Origin: Opitutales bacterium
GTDB lineage: Bacteria; Verrucomicrobiota; Verrucomicrobiia; Opitutales; Seribacteraceae
Length of the DNA: 64,000 bases
Direction: 5' to 3'
NCBI GenBank assembly: GCA_965660135.1
Contig: CBFHYW010000001.1
Coordinates: forward strand, 4,747 to 68,746
This document shows positions 50,739-60,956 of the stretch, piece by piece (within the stretch, counting starts at the first letter, position 1; the number at the start of each line of letters is the position of its first letter). The notes under the pieces were generated by a model, which was not told the DNA's origin, did no database searches, and saw nothing but the letters and a program-made list of their open reading frames with translations. The position numbers were made by a program, and so were the translations under genes.

Positions 50739-50937
50739 GGATTTAATCAAAAAGAAGGATTTCGGTAAGGTCAAACATTCAAAATTGATAAATGCCTATA
50801 ATCAGAATTTAAAATGAACGAATTAAAACCTTGTTAGAACTTACACAAGACCTTTCTCTAAATGTAATTTCTAATATTAAAACCGAGCTGACTAAAATTT
50901 TAAGTTCAAAATATGGTAATGCTAACTATGGGCGGTT

Positions 50938-52224
50938 TTAAATCGATACTTTTACCCCTCTGCGCAAGTAAGCAGGGACATCCAAATCTTCCCCGGCATA
51001 CAGATTGCGCGATGGCAAATCACCAAAAATACCTCTTTGATTTTCGGCTTCCATGAAATCAAAAGTGTTCTGATCAATCGTTTCCTGTTTTTTAAAACGC
51101 GATAGTTTGGGGGTTGGAGTGGTTGGGGTTGTCTGATTTTGTTTTTGTAATTTTGAAGGGTGAGCAACTTTACTTTTCGGCAGTGCTGAAATTACTCCTT
51201 TTGCTGCGGGAGCAACATCTGCTGGGGGCGTTCCAGCTTCAAGATCAGTTGCTCCAAGCACCGTAATTTGAACACGATCACCCATATTTTCATCCACATG
51301 GGCACCAAAAACAATATGCTCACCAGCTTTAAATTCATCACGAATTTCGAGGGACACCTGTTGAAGGGAAGCCATGCTCATACCTGTTCCACCAGTTATT
51401 AATATAAGAAGGGCATCTGCAGCTTTTGAAACATCAGGTAAATGAAGCATTGGACAGAGTAAAAGCTCCCGAACGGCTTGCCGGATAGCGTCCTCCCCCT
51501 CCCCTTCTCCATAACCAAATAATGTTCGTCCTGCTCTTCGATTGAAAGCTTTTCGCAAGTGCACAAAATCAACATCAATCATACCCCGGCGAAAAACAAG
51601 GGCACATATTGCCGTAATTCCTTTACTTACATTACGTCCCGCTTCTGCAAAGCACTCAAGTGCAGTAGCATCAGCTCCCCCCATTTGCAAAAGCGAATCG
51701 TTCGGCAGAGGAATAACTGCATTAGCAAATTTACGTAAATCAGCCAAACATTCCTCTGCCATAGAATGACGGCTTTTTTCCCAACTAAATGGCAATGGTG
51801 TAAATGCAAAAACTAAGGCCCCGGACTCCCTTGCCAACCGGGCAATAACTGGAGCGGCTCCACCACCTGTCCCCCCCCCTAATCCAGCAAGTAGAAAAAC
51901 AAGATCAACCCCTTCTAATTTTTTCCTAATTACATCCTTTTCTTCCTCCAATGCTTTACGGGCCAAAGTGTGTTCTCCCCCCGTGCCCATACCGCGGGTA
52001 TGTCGACGACCAAAAGAAAGTTTTTCACTGGCTATACTATCCGCAAGTGCACGGCTGTCCACATCGATGGCTAAATGTTCAACACTTTGAAAATTATCAA
52101 AACATAAACCATCAATTAATGAAAGCCCTGCACCTCCAATTCCAATAATTTTTGCACGAATACCAGGCAATTCGTTTTCGGGAGAAAAATTTGTTTCTTG
52201 TGGAAAAAGGTTTTCTTGACTCAT
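50938..52224 (-). CDS. ftsZ: Cell division protein FtsZ (divergent)
   Basis: IIGIGGAG, AGLGGGTGGGAAPVIA, PFSWE, C-terminal DLDVPAYLR; follows ftsA. Confidence 0.93.
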   Translation of the reverse strand: MSQENLFPQETNFSPENELPGIRAKIIGIGGAGLSLIDGLCFDNFQSVEHLAIDVDSRALADSIASEKLSFGRRHTRGMGTGGEHTLARKALEEEKDVIRKKLEGVDLVFLLAGLGGGTGGGAAPVIARLARESGALVFAFTPLPFSWEKSRHSMAEECLADLRKFANAVIPLPNDSLLQMGGADATALECFAEAGRNVSKGITAICALVFRRGMIDVDFVHLRKAFNRRAGRTLFGYGEGEGEDAIRQAVRELLLCPMLHLPDVSKAADALLILITGGTGMSMASLQQVSLEIRDEFKAGEHIVFGAHVDENMGDRVQITVLGATDLEAGTPPADVAPAAKGVISALPKSKVAHPSKLQKQNQTTPTTPTPKLSRFKKQETIDQNTFDFMEAENQRGIFGDLPSRNLYAGEDLDVPAYLRRGVKVSI

Positions 52225-52257
52225 TTTATTTTCTTTATGTGATTTTTCTAATGTAAC

Positions 52258-53475
52258 TTAGTGCTGGGGACTCAAGCCTACCATTTTACGAAATTTACCT
52301 AAAAAACCAGTTTCTGCTTCCTCTTTTTTTCTTCCAGGTAAACCATGGTCTTCTAGTCCATAATGCAAAAGACCAAGAACAGTAGCATTTTCTGGATGAG
52401 CAAGTTCAGATGCAATGCCCGAAGGAAAACTTGCCCGTCTAGTGGGGAACCCTAGGACTTTTGTTGCAATTTGATCGACGCCTGGAAGCAGAGATGCTCC
52501 GCCAGTGAGTAAAATACCACCTTTTAATTCATCAGGTTCAAGTAAGCCTTCGAGCTCCTTACTTATAATTTCAAAAAGCTCAACTATACGAACATGTATA
52601 ATGTCGGTTATTGCCTTTCTTGGAATGGCTCGGTCTCCAATCGTTTTATTGCCAATGATCCAAACATCCTCTCCTTCATCCATTGGATCTGGAATTGATT
52701 TACCATGTTCGATCTTGAGCTTTTCAGCGTAAGGTTCAAGTATTCTTAATCCCATACTTAAATCCCCAGTCACATGATCCCCGCCTACTGGTATTACTCC
52801 TGTATATGCAACAAAACCTTGGCGATAAAGTGCAAAGTCGGTTACCCCAGCTCCCATATCAATAACTAAAGTCCCGGCTCTACGAAAATCTGGACCCGCC
52901 ATCATCGTAGAGGACGCAATCGAAGAAAGTATCAAATCCTTAACATCTAAACTATAGTTGCTAATCACATGAAGGGCATGCTTAATTGCTTGGTCATCCC
53001 CATCGATCGCCCAATACCCTAAATCAACCTTCGAACCAATCATCCCAACTGGATCTTGAACAATTCTACCATCAAGTAGAATGGGGGTTCGTATGTGGTG
53101 AACATAGGTACGCCCTGCATCAGGACTTCTTCGCTTTGCTTCTTCAGAAGCACGCTGAAGGTCAGTTACATCAACTCGATTATCTGATGATGCAGTAGAT
53201 GCTGACCCCAACAACATTTGCCCCTTTAAATGGGCTCCAGTTTGAGCAAGGTATACTTCATCAACTGTGGTGCCAGACATTTTTTCAGCATCTTCAAGTG
53301 CAGAATGAACGGCGGCGGCAGCCTTACGAAAATCAACAATTTCGCCCTTCCGCATACCTTCGTTTGGGCGGAAGGCCATACCGACAACATTTAAGTTTCC
53401 ATTATCTGCCACTTCCCCGATAAGAGCTTTCGCTTTTGAAGTTCCGATTTCTACAGCACCTATTATTTTGCTCAT
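52258..53475 (-). CDS. ftsA: Cell division protein FtsA
   Basis: EIGTSK, GMRKGEIVD, IDMGAGVTD, GGDHVTGD, LTGGAS. Confidence 0.95.
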   Translation of the reverse strand: MSKIIGAVEIGTSKAKALIGEVADNGNLNVVGMAFRPNEGMRKGEIVDFRKAAAAVHSALEDAEKMSGTTVDEVYLAQTGAHLKGQMLLGSASTASSDNRVDVTDLQRASEEAKRRSPDAGRTYVHHIRTPILLDGRIVQDPVGMIGSKVDLGYWAIDGDDQAIKHALHVISNYSLDVKDLILSSIASSTMMAGPDFRRAGTLVIDMGAGVTDFALYRQGFVAYTGVIPVGGDHVTGDLSMGLRILEPYAEKLKIEHGKSIPDPMDEGEDVWIIGNKTIGDRAIPRKAITDIIHVRIVELFEIISKELEGLLEPDELKGGILLTGGASLLPGVDQIATKVLGFPTRRASFPSGIASELAHPENATVLGLLHYGLEDHGLPGRKKEEAETGFLGKFRKMVGLSPQH

Positions 53476-53516
53476 CTTACATTTCGTTTTTTTAATCTTC
53501 TAAATTTTATAAAAAA

Positions 53517-54437
53517 TTAAGAAGGGTTTAATTTGGCAAACACCGATCTGTCATGTGATAAATCGATTGATTCAATTACAGAATTTCTCCGAAAATCTGG
53601 CTCCATTAATAAATATTTTAATCTCCTGAGTTGGGAGGTAAAATTACGCGGTGCAAATCTTAGATTTCGAACTTTGATAGATTTTATATGAATGTGAGCT
53701 CCTGGATCATTATCTTGAGGTCTTTGATAAGAAAGAACTTGCCAATTATTGTATATGGAAGGGTAATCACGACGGGCAATTTCGAGTAAAGGAGCAACCA
53801 CAGGGATACCATCCAATTCCTCAAATCCTATGCCATTCACTTTCTGTTTAAGAAGGGACGGTTCGATATTGAGAAAAGGAAGATGAGAAAGACTGGCTTT
53901 CCCATAACCAGTACCTTGGTATAAAGAGCCTTCAGCCGAAACTAACCAAGTTTGCTCACCTTTACTTTTAGACCTTAAGCACAGTCTCATGATAGGCTTT
54001 TTTTCTTTTAAGTTTATGGATAATGTTGAAGGAAATTCTCTTACAACTTGGGCGAAAATTATTTGTGGTTCCTTACATAGTTCAGCTTGTATATTATTAA
54101 TATCTAAATCCATAAGTGTTCGATTCCTAAGGGGACCAAACCAATTCTGAAACCAACGCTTATGTAGAACCCCATCCGTGCTAAATGAAAGTTTTGATAC
54201 AGGTTCACCTGGTCCGGTTAAATCAAGGGGCCCCGAATCAGAATTATCCCACTGCTGAAAAAACCAGCCAACTCCTCCCAAAACAAATAATATAGCCAAA
54301 AATACAAAAACCTTTGTTAACCTAATTAACCTTTTCCTAAACGCGGCATATGAAGCTGGTTTACGAGAAGATTTTGGAGCCAATTTCTGCCAAGTTGATG
54401 ATCCGGAATCTGCTTTCTTTTTTTGTTTCTTTATCAT
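53517..54437 (-). CDS. ftsQ: Cell division protein FtsQ/DivIB-like
   Basis: Basic cytoplasmic N-terminus, single TM, POTRA-like segment (VVREFPSTLSINLKEKKP), ..IDLS..; between ddl and ftsA; start moved to ATG 54437. Confidence 0.82.
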   Translation of the reverse strand: MIKKQKKKADSGSSTWQKLAPKSSRKPASYAAFRKRLIRLTKVFVFLAILFVLGGVGWFFQQWDNSDSGPLDLTGPGEPVSKLSFSTDGVLHKRWFQNWFGPLRNRTLMDLDINNIQAELCKEPQIIFAQVVREFPSTLSINLKEKKPIMRLCLRSKSKGEQTWLVSAEGSLYQGTGYGKASLSHLPFLNIEPSLLKQKVNGIGFEELDGIPVVAPLLEIARRDYPSIYNNWQVLSYQRPQDNDPGAHIHIKSIKVRNLRFAPRNFTSQLRRLKYLLMEPDFRRNSVIESIDLSHDRSVFAKLNPS

Positions 54438-54444
54438 TTTAAAT

Positions 54445-55380
54445 TTATGCAGGTAACAATGAATATTCTGAAAATCGCTCCACAGCAGGATGAATAAGGT
54501 GCTGACATAACTTTTCAAAATTATATCCAGCACATGATGCACTTTTGGGAAGCAAGCTTGTTTCAGTGAGACCGGGCAGGGTGTTTATCTCTAAAAAATG
54601 AGCGTTTCCATCTTCACATATTATAAAATCCACTCTCGCAAAATCCCTACATCCGCATGCCTTAAATGCATTTAAGGCAAATTCTTTAACTTCATTTTCT
54701 ATGTCACAATCCAAAACAGCAGGATACCTATATTCAGTGGATCCTGCGGAGTATTTTCTTTCATAATCGTAAACTCCTCCATTGGGAATGACCTCAACAA
54801 TGCCAAGGGAACAATCTCCTAAAATACCTACTGTGACCTCCCTGCCAAATATTCTTTTTTCAATCATCCAATTGCCTGGAGGGAGAGTTTCCAATGTGGC
54901 ACGAAGTTCTTCTTCCCCAGTTAGCACATAAAGAGCAACGCTACTTCCCTGATCAATTGGTTTAATTACAAGGTCCTGTCCGAGCTGTGAAAGAATATCA
55001 ACTATATTCAGTTCTTTGGCATCGTGAAATGAAAGATCTGCTGCAACTCTAACCCCTACTTCTAAAACGACTTTTTTCGACTCAAACTTATTCATACATA
55101 AGCGACTCGAAGCGGGATTACTCCCCGAGTAAATTATGCCTTTTTCTTCCAGCAAGCTTTGCAAGCTTCCATCCTCACCAAAGGTGCCATGAATTGCTGG
55201 AAAAACGATAGTTTTATCAGTATCGATATTAGGGGGAAGTTCCTCTTTTTTGATATCAATTAAATCCACATCAAAATCTTTTGCTAAAGATGCAGCAAGT
55301 GCTTTGCTTGTAGCGATTGAAATTTCACGTTCTGCTCCAACGCCTCCGGTCAAAATTGTAATTATAGGATTGTTATTCAT
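54445..55380 (-). CDS. ddl: D-alanine--D-alanine ligase
   Basis: GG..AEREIS, HGTFGEDG, QGSSV, YDYERKY, LEINTLPG. Confidence 0.96.
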   Translation of the reverse strand: MNNNPIITILTGGVGAEREISIATSKALAASLAKDFDVDLIDIKKEELPPNIDTDKTIVFPAIHGTFGEDGSLQSLLEEKGIIYSGSNPASSRLCMNKFESKKVVLEVGVRVAADLSFHDAKELNIVDILSQLGQDLVIKPIDQGSSVALYVLTGEEELRATLETLPPGNWMIEKRIFGREVTVGILGDCSLGIVEVIPNGGVYDYERKYSAGSTEYRYPAVLDCDIENEVKEFALNAFKACGCRDFARVDFIICEDGNAHFLEINTLPGLTETSLLPKSASCAGYNFEKLCQHLIHPAVERFSEYSLLPA

Positions 55381-55388
55381 TTAAAATC

Positions 55389-57590
55389 TTAGGATAGGTA
55401 TTCGTTCCACGATTTCCCCATTAAGGTAACCTCTGGAACAAGAGTTAGCCCCTTCGATTCTCGGATCCTTTGTCGCACGCGCTGAATTAATGAAATGACC
55501 TCATCTGCAGTGGCCCCACCTTGATTCAGAATGAAATTAGCATGTTGATCAGAAACAACTGCTCCGCCTACTCGCTCACCCTTAAGTCCGCTTTGCTCAA
55601 TAAGCCAACCTGCTGAAACATCCTCAGGGTTTCGAAAAATACACCCTGCACTTGCCTCTCTAGGTTGGGTAGCTCGTCTTTGTTTTGCCAATTTATCAAT
55701 GATCGTTCGAATCGCTCGATGGTCAGACTTTCCCTCTGACTTTAATTTCGCACGCAACGCAATTCCATCAAACGCTTCCCTGCAATACCTATACCCAACA
55801 TTCAAATCGGTGCCTTTGATTTCTTTTATACTCCCATCCGGTAGAAGAAAAGAGACCCATTCCACAAGGTCGAAGGTTTCCCAGCCCATTGCACCAGCGT
55901 TCATTCTCAAAGCTCCGCCAAGAGTCCCGGGAATTCCCTCTAGAAACTCAAAACCTTTCAGGCCGTTTTTACAGGCAAAGGTACAAATCTCTTTTAACTT
56001 AATTCCAGCCCCAACAATCAAGGACTCTTCTGACCTAAGAGTAATTTCCTTCCAAAATTTCCCTCTTAAGCGAATAACTAAGCCTCCAAATCCGTCATCA
56101 GGAACAATTAAATTTGAACCTCTCCCAATCATCGCACGGGGAATGTTAAACAATAGACACCCTTCAACTAAGGAACGTAAATCCTCAGAGTGAGCAGGCT
56201 CTGCATACCAATGTGCACATCCACCCACTCCAATAGTTGTCTTATTTGCCAATGGTTCGTTACTTTTTAGAATAGTATTATTTGAAAGTTTTCCATGAAG
56301 AAAATGTGCAAAGGCATCAAGTTTGTTTCCTTTGGATTTCTCCCAAGCTGAAAATGCATGTGCCCACTTTTCTAAATCTCCAGCACCAACAAATAAAATT
56401 TGGTCTTTATCAGCAGATTGTGGTCCTAGGGTTTTACACAATTGAGAAAAATCAGAAAATATATTAGTTCGTTTCCTCAGTCGTGGAGGTAGATAACCTA
56501 CCAAACTTTCAACTGACCCTTTGGGGTCAAATTTCTCAAAAGCAGCATAGGTGGGGAGTAAATGAAGATCATCTGCTTGCGAAAGCTCCTCTGCAAACCT
56601 TTCTGCCAATGCATGTGTTCGGGTAAACCGATGAGGTTGAAATACTACTTGAAGAGAATGCTCAGGCAATGATGATCTGCGATTACTTAAAAGGGCATTT
56701 ATCTCTGTGGGATGGTGGGCGTAATCTTCAATAATAATTCTATACGGGCTTTCATAAAGTATGGTTTCCCTACGTGCCAATCCTGGGAAATTACTAAAAT
56801 CCAAGCTGGAAAAATCAACATCTAATGCCATTCCTGCAGCAAGTACTGCAGACAAATTGCTCTCTTTATATTTACTTGGGTCTTTACTGCTTTCGAAAGT
56901 ATATAATTTTTGATTTTTCTCCAATTTCGCCCAGTCTGAAAGTTCTGATTTATTGGGGGTTATAATTGCCGAGCGTGTTCGATTAAATAAGGAACGAAAA
57001 GTTTCTCCAATCGAATCTTTAGAATCATACAGGTCAACATGATCCCATTCACAATTCAACGCTAAGGTTATTGTTGGTGCGAAGAGATCTATAGTACCGT
57101 CGCTTTCATCTACTTCTAAAACAAGCCAACTATCTTTTGAATATCGCCCAGGAGCCAATTCATTCCCCAAGAACAAACCACCCACCAAATAAGAAAAATC
57201 AAAACCTACTTGATCCAAGGCCCAGCATAACATTCCAGAGGTTGTAGTTTTTCCATGACTACCAACAACAGCAAGAATTTTTCGATTCGCAGTAAAACGA
57301 GCTAAGAATTCACCTCTACGAAAAACAGGAATTTTTTTGGCTAACCATGGCTGTACCAATTTACTTGCTTCTGGAATTGCACTCGAACGAATCACGCAAT
57401 CTGGATTCTCCAAAGGTGTTGGTTCACTCAATACTTGAACCCCAGATTGCTCCAAGCTTGAGCGCAAAGGTTCACGAAATCTATCATCATAAGCCTCAAC
57501 CTGAATACCTGCTCCTTGTAAATACAATGCGAGCGGAGCCATACCCATACCCCCCGCACCAAGAAGAAAGACTCGTCGCGGTTTGTTCAT
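55389..57590 (-). CDS. murC-murB: Fused UDP-N-acetylmuramate--L-alanine ligase / UDP-N-acetylenolpyruvoylglucosamine reductase
   Basis: MurC: GAGGMGM, GSHGKTTT, DYAHHPTE, FQPHR; MurB: GRGSNL, GIPGTLGG.LRMNAG, SAGCIFRNP, HANF; ATG 57590 overlaps the murG stop (ATGA). Confidence 0.93.
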   Translation of the reverse strand: MNKPRRVFLLGAGGMGMAPLALYLQGAGIQVEAYDDRFREPLRSSLEQSGVQVLSEPTPLENPDCVIRSSAIPEASKLVQPWLAKKIPVFRRGEFLARFTANRKILAVVGSHGKTTTSGMLCWALDQVGFDFSYLVGGLFLGNELAPGRYSKDSWLVLEVDESDGTIDLFAPTITLALNCEWDHVDLYDSKDSIGETFRSLFNRTRSAIITPNKSELSDWAKLEKNQKLYTFESSKDPSKYKESNLSAVLAAGMALDVDFSSLDFSNFPGLARRETILYESPYRIIIEDYAHHPTEINALLSNRRSSLPEHSLQVVFQPHRFTRTHALAERFAEELSQADDLHLLPTYAAFEKFDPKGSVESLVGYLPPRLRKRTNIFSDFSQLCKTLGPQSADKDQILFVGAGDLEKWAHAFSAWEKSKGNKLDAFAHFLHGKLSNNTILKSNEPLANKTTIGVGGCAHWYAEPAHSEDLRSLVEGCLLFNIPRAMIGRGSNLIVPDDGFGGLVIRLRGKFWKEITLRSEESLIVGAGIKLKEICTFACKNGLKGFEFLEGIPGTLGGALRMNAGAMGWETFDLVEWVSFLLPDGSIKEIKGTDLNVGYRYCREAFDGIALRAKLKSEGKSDHRAIRTIIDKLAKQRRATQPREASAGCIFRNPEDVSAGWLIEQSGLKGERVGGAVVSDQHANFILNQGGATADEVISLIQRVRQRIRESKGLTLVPEVTLMGKSWNEYLS

Positions 57591-58726
57591 CCGACCATGC
57601 GCAGAACTCCACCCTGAACAGAATCTCGGAGAACGCGTTCCTTTAAGGATTGGCAAAGATCATCTGAAATACGATTCGCCACATCGCCCTTGTCCATCGC
57701 AAAAAGGTTTCGGCGTAAAATAGTTCTAAAATCTTCATTAAACATTACTTCTCTAACTTCATCTAATAAATGCTCACCCATTTTTACCTCAGGGCACAGA
57801 ATAGCTCCTCCCTTTCGTTCCAAAAATTCTGCGTTTAAAAATTGATGGTTATCCGCTGCATAGGGATAAGGAATTAGAATAGAAGGTATTCGACAACGTA
57901 TGATTTCTGCAATTGCACCAGCTCCAGCCCTCGAAATAACTAGGTCTGCAGCTGAGAGCACTGAATTCATCTCATCTGTAAAAGAGACAAAACGATTGGT
58001 TACTGTTTCTCCCCTAATACCTTCAAGTTGAACAACTCCAGAGCTTTCATTTTTCATTCCAGTTAAACAATATGTTGAAATTCCTTCAGCGGAGAGAGGC
58101 TCTAAGCTATCCTTAACCCATTGATTAAGAGATACTGCCCCTTGGCTTCCACCGATAACCACCAGCAAGCGATCATTTAATGAAATTCCAAGTTGTTTGC
58201 GTGCACGTTCCTTTGGTATTCGCCGAAATTCCTTTCTCAATGGGTAACCCACATTGCGTATAACATCAGGAGAAATACCATCTAGATGCATGCCTTCTGG
58301 AAGATACAAACGAGTTGAACGCTTCGCTAAGAAGCGAACAGCTTTCCCCACAGCTCGATTTGCTTCATGTATAAACACAGGAATTCCCCGAGCATGTGCA
58401 GCCATGGCAGGTCCAAAAGACGAAAACCCACCGAAACCAACCATGGCATCCGCACCAATTTTTCCATAAAATCGATACGAGCGAATAAAAGAAAATATAA
58501 ATCCTGCACCAAATCGAGCTAGACCAATGGGTGATTTAATCATTGGAGCGCCGGGCATAGATTCAAAACTTAACTTTGGATATTTCCTAGATAATCTAGA
58601 ATCAACCGCTTTTTGACTAATCAAGAGCCAAGAGGGGTTCCCCCGCTCTTCGAGTCGTTGAGCAAGTGCAATACCAGGAGTTAAATGTCCTCCGGTTCCT
58701 CCGCATGCAATTACAATATTCTTCAT
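57587..58726 (-). CDS. murG: Lipid II GlcNAc transferase MurG
   Basis: GGTGGH, GFGGF, HEAN, GGSQGA, SRAGA, HQFLNA. Confidence 0.96.
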   Translation of the reverse strand: MKNIVIACGGTGGHLTPGIALAQRLEERGNPSWLLISQKAVDSRLSRKYPKLSFESMPGAPMIKSPIGLARFGAGFIFSFIRSYRFYGKIGADAMVGFGGFSSFGPAMAAHARGIPVFIHEANRAVGKAVRFLAKRSTRLYLPEGMHLDGISPDVIRNVGYPLRKEFRRIPKERARKQLGISLNDRLLVVIGGSQGAVSLNQWVKDSLEPLSAEGISTYCLTGMKNESSGVVQLEGIRGETVTNRFVSFTDEMNSVLSAADLVISRAGAGAIAEIIRCRIPSILIPYPYAADNHQFLNAEFLERKGGAILCPEVKMGEHLLDEVREVMFNEDFRTILRRNLFAMDKGDVANRISDDLCQSLKERVLRDSVQGGVLRMVG

Positions 58727-59868
58727 ATTTCCTTAATTTCCCGGGGGCGATATGCACGTGGATTATCCCACTTTCGAAAGACATTTATTATGATACCTAG
58801 AAAAACAAAAGTAACCATCAGGTTTGATCCACCATAACTAATAAAAGGAAGAGACATTCCCTTAGTTGGCATCGAACCAGTTACTACCCCCATATTAATA
58901 ATTGCCTGTAAGCAAATAAAGAGCAAAGAACCCATTGCTAATAAATATTCGTATAATTTTGGTGCCATACGTAATCTCCAACACACCACGACAAAGAGAA
59001 CAAGGAAGCATAATACAATACTCATTGTGCAGATCAAACCAAGTTCTTCACCGATGACTGGAAAAATAAAATCTGTATGGGCTTCAGGTAAGAAATGCAT
59101 CTGTTGGCGTCCCATACCAAGACCAACTCCGTCGAGTCCCCCTACCCCAAAAGCCAACATACCCTGCCAAAGTTGATAAGCACTATCATTTGCGTTTGCT
59201 TCCACATCTAAAAATGAGGTTACTCTCCTTATTCGAACTGGGTCGAAATATACGAGAACCGAAAATGCAGAAATAGCCATAAAAGCTATAGGCAGTAACC
59301 ATTTCAAACTCGTACCAGATTGAAACATTAATGTCGCAGCAACCGCACCACATAAAAAACATGTGCCAAAATCAGGTTGTAGAATAATTAGTCCACAAAT
59401 ACATGCGATTATAATAGACGGTAATAGAAAACCTTTGACGAAGCTCTTAATATCCCGCTGATGAGTAGAAAAAAACGCAGCCATTGCTAAAACTAAACCG
59501 ATTTTGGCAAACTCAGATGGTTGAACACGCAATGGACCCAATCCAATCCATCGTTGTGCACCATTAACTTTCACTCCAATCCCAGGGATTAAGGTAAGAA
59601 TGAGTGCCAAAATACAAAAACCAAAAACCCACCAAGTCACGCTTCTCAACCATTGGAGGTTCATGAAAGAAACATACATCCCAATCGCAACTGACAGTGC
59701 CAACCAAATTAGCTGTTTAGTTAATAGAGAATGTGCTCCTTTAACTACACCAGCACTAAAAAGCATAACCAAACCAAGTGTTGTTAATCCCAATGCCATT
59801 GCGATGAGATAAACTGAAATCCAATTGGTAGGTTTTACAAAGTTTCTATCTATTACATCTCCCGCCAC
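58723..59868 (-). CDS. ftsW: SEDS peptidoglycan polymerase FtsW
   Basis: GAQRWI, QPSEFAK, QPDFGT, LPEAHTDFIF, LPFISYGGS; dcw context. Confidence 0.95.
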   Translation of the reverse strand: MAGDVIDRNFVKPTNWISVYLIAMALGLTTLGLVMLFSAGVVKGAHSLLTKQLIWLALSVAIGMYVSFMNLQWLRSVTWWVFGFCILALILTLIPGIGVKVNGAQRWIGLGPLRVQPSEFAKIGLVLAMAAFFSTHQRDIKSFVKGFLLPSIIIACICGLIILQPDFGTCFLCGAVAATLMFQSGTSLKWLLPIAFMAISAFSVLVYFDPVRIRRVTSFLDVEANANDSAYQLWQGMLAFGVGGLDGVGLGMGRQQMHFLPEAHTDFIFPVIGEELGLICTMSIVLCFLVLFVVVCWRLRMAPKLYEYLLAMGSLLFICLQAIINMGVVTGSMPTKGMSLPFISYGGSNLMVTFVFLGIIINVFRKWDNPRAYRPREIKEI

Positions 59869-59906
59869 ATTTTCCTTTCTACATCCACCTTAAACAACAA
59901 ATTCAA

Positions 59907-60941
59907 TTACGGTTGATCAGGAACATCAATAATCGGTCTTTCCTCTACCTCACTCTTAAAAAAATCTTCTACTTTTGTATCTTCCTCTATGGAAATTACT
60001 TTAGATTCCTCTTTTTCGAAAATTGTATTTGTGGGCGCATTAGAAACAATAAGTAATTGACCAACCCTTATTTTTCCCGCATCTGCCAAATTATTCCACT
60101 CCATAATTTCTTTAACCGTAGATCCATATATTGTTGCGATGCGGGTAAGGTTATCACCCTTCTTAACCGTGTAAGTGTTTGTCCCCTCAGGCACCACTAA
60201 AGAGGGCACGGCAGGGATTATTACTTGATCACCCCCAGAGGGAAGAATCAGAACTTGCCCGGGACGAATAATAGATGCACTGGTCATGCCGTTTACTGAC
60301 ATTAGAGACTGCAAGGAAACGCCATTCAACCGGGCGATTTTGGATAAGCTATCTCCACTCTTAACCGTGTAGTTACTGGCACCATTAGTTAACTCGGTCT
60401 TAGGATATTCAACTGGTTGATTTAACAGTGCAGGTGGATTAGCTGATTCTCCAGGTACCATTATTTCCTGACCGATTTTAAGGCGTGAATTTTTAGACAA
60501 ACTTGGATTCGAAGCCAACAAGCTTGTTAATGTTATATCCATTTTACGGGCAACCCCCCATAATGTATCCCCTTTTTGAATTTTATAAATCGTAACATTA
60601 GCGGGGCGCAGGTTGAATGTATTTGAGGTTTCAGATCCTTGGTCAACTACAGAGGGCAATGGCGAGGGAACAATTTCGTCATTAGCTCCAGGAACAAATA
60701 ACTCACCCACAATCGGTCTAGTCGGTTCCTGAAGTTCTTGTACTACGGGAACAGCCTTCTTTTCATTATCAGTCAAACCTTCATTAAATGCACCAGGATC
60801 AACATTACTTTTTTCTTCAGGCTCAGCAGAATCAACCGGTTTTTTCCTATCAGCGGTTTGACAACCTGGTTGAAACATGACTAGGAGAATGACCCCTACA
60901 TGCAGCGATAAAACGATTCCAAATATTTTTGTTAGTTTCAT
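59907..60941 (-). CDS. LysM x3 peptidoglycan-binding putative lipoprotein
   Basis: Three LysM repeats (YKIQKGDTLWGVA, YTVKSGDSLSKIA, YTVKKGDNLTRIA); hydrophobic N-terminus ending in QPGC. Confidence 0.9.
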   Translation of the reverse strand: MKLTKIFGIVLSLHVGVILLVMFQPGCQTADRKKPVDSAEPEEKSNVDPGAFNEGLTDNEKKAVPVVQELQEPTRPIVGELFVPGANDEIVPSPLPSVVDQGSETSNTFNLRPANVTIYKIQKGDTLWGVARKMDITLTSLLASNPSLSKNSRLKIGQEIMVPGESANPPALLNQPVEYPKTELTNGASNYTVKSGDSLSKIARLNGVSLQSLMSVNGMTSASIIRPGQVLILPSGGDQVIIPAVPSLVVPEGTNTYTVKKGDNLTRIATIYGSTVKEIMEWNNLADAGKIRVGQLLIVSNAPTNTIFEKEESKVISIEEDTKVEDFFKSEVEERPIIDVPDQP

Positions 60942-60956
60942 GGTATTTTTCCTTAC

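Noticed and set aside
51871-51879. G9 run in ftsZ as a phase-variation tract
   Set aside because: Encodes the conserved GGG of the tubulin signature in a presumably essential gene; used only as a caution for the mutL tract
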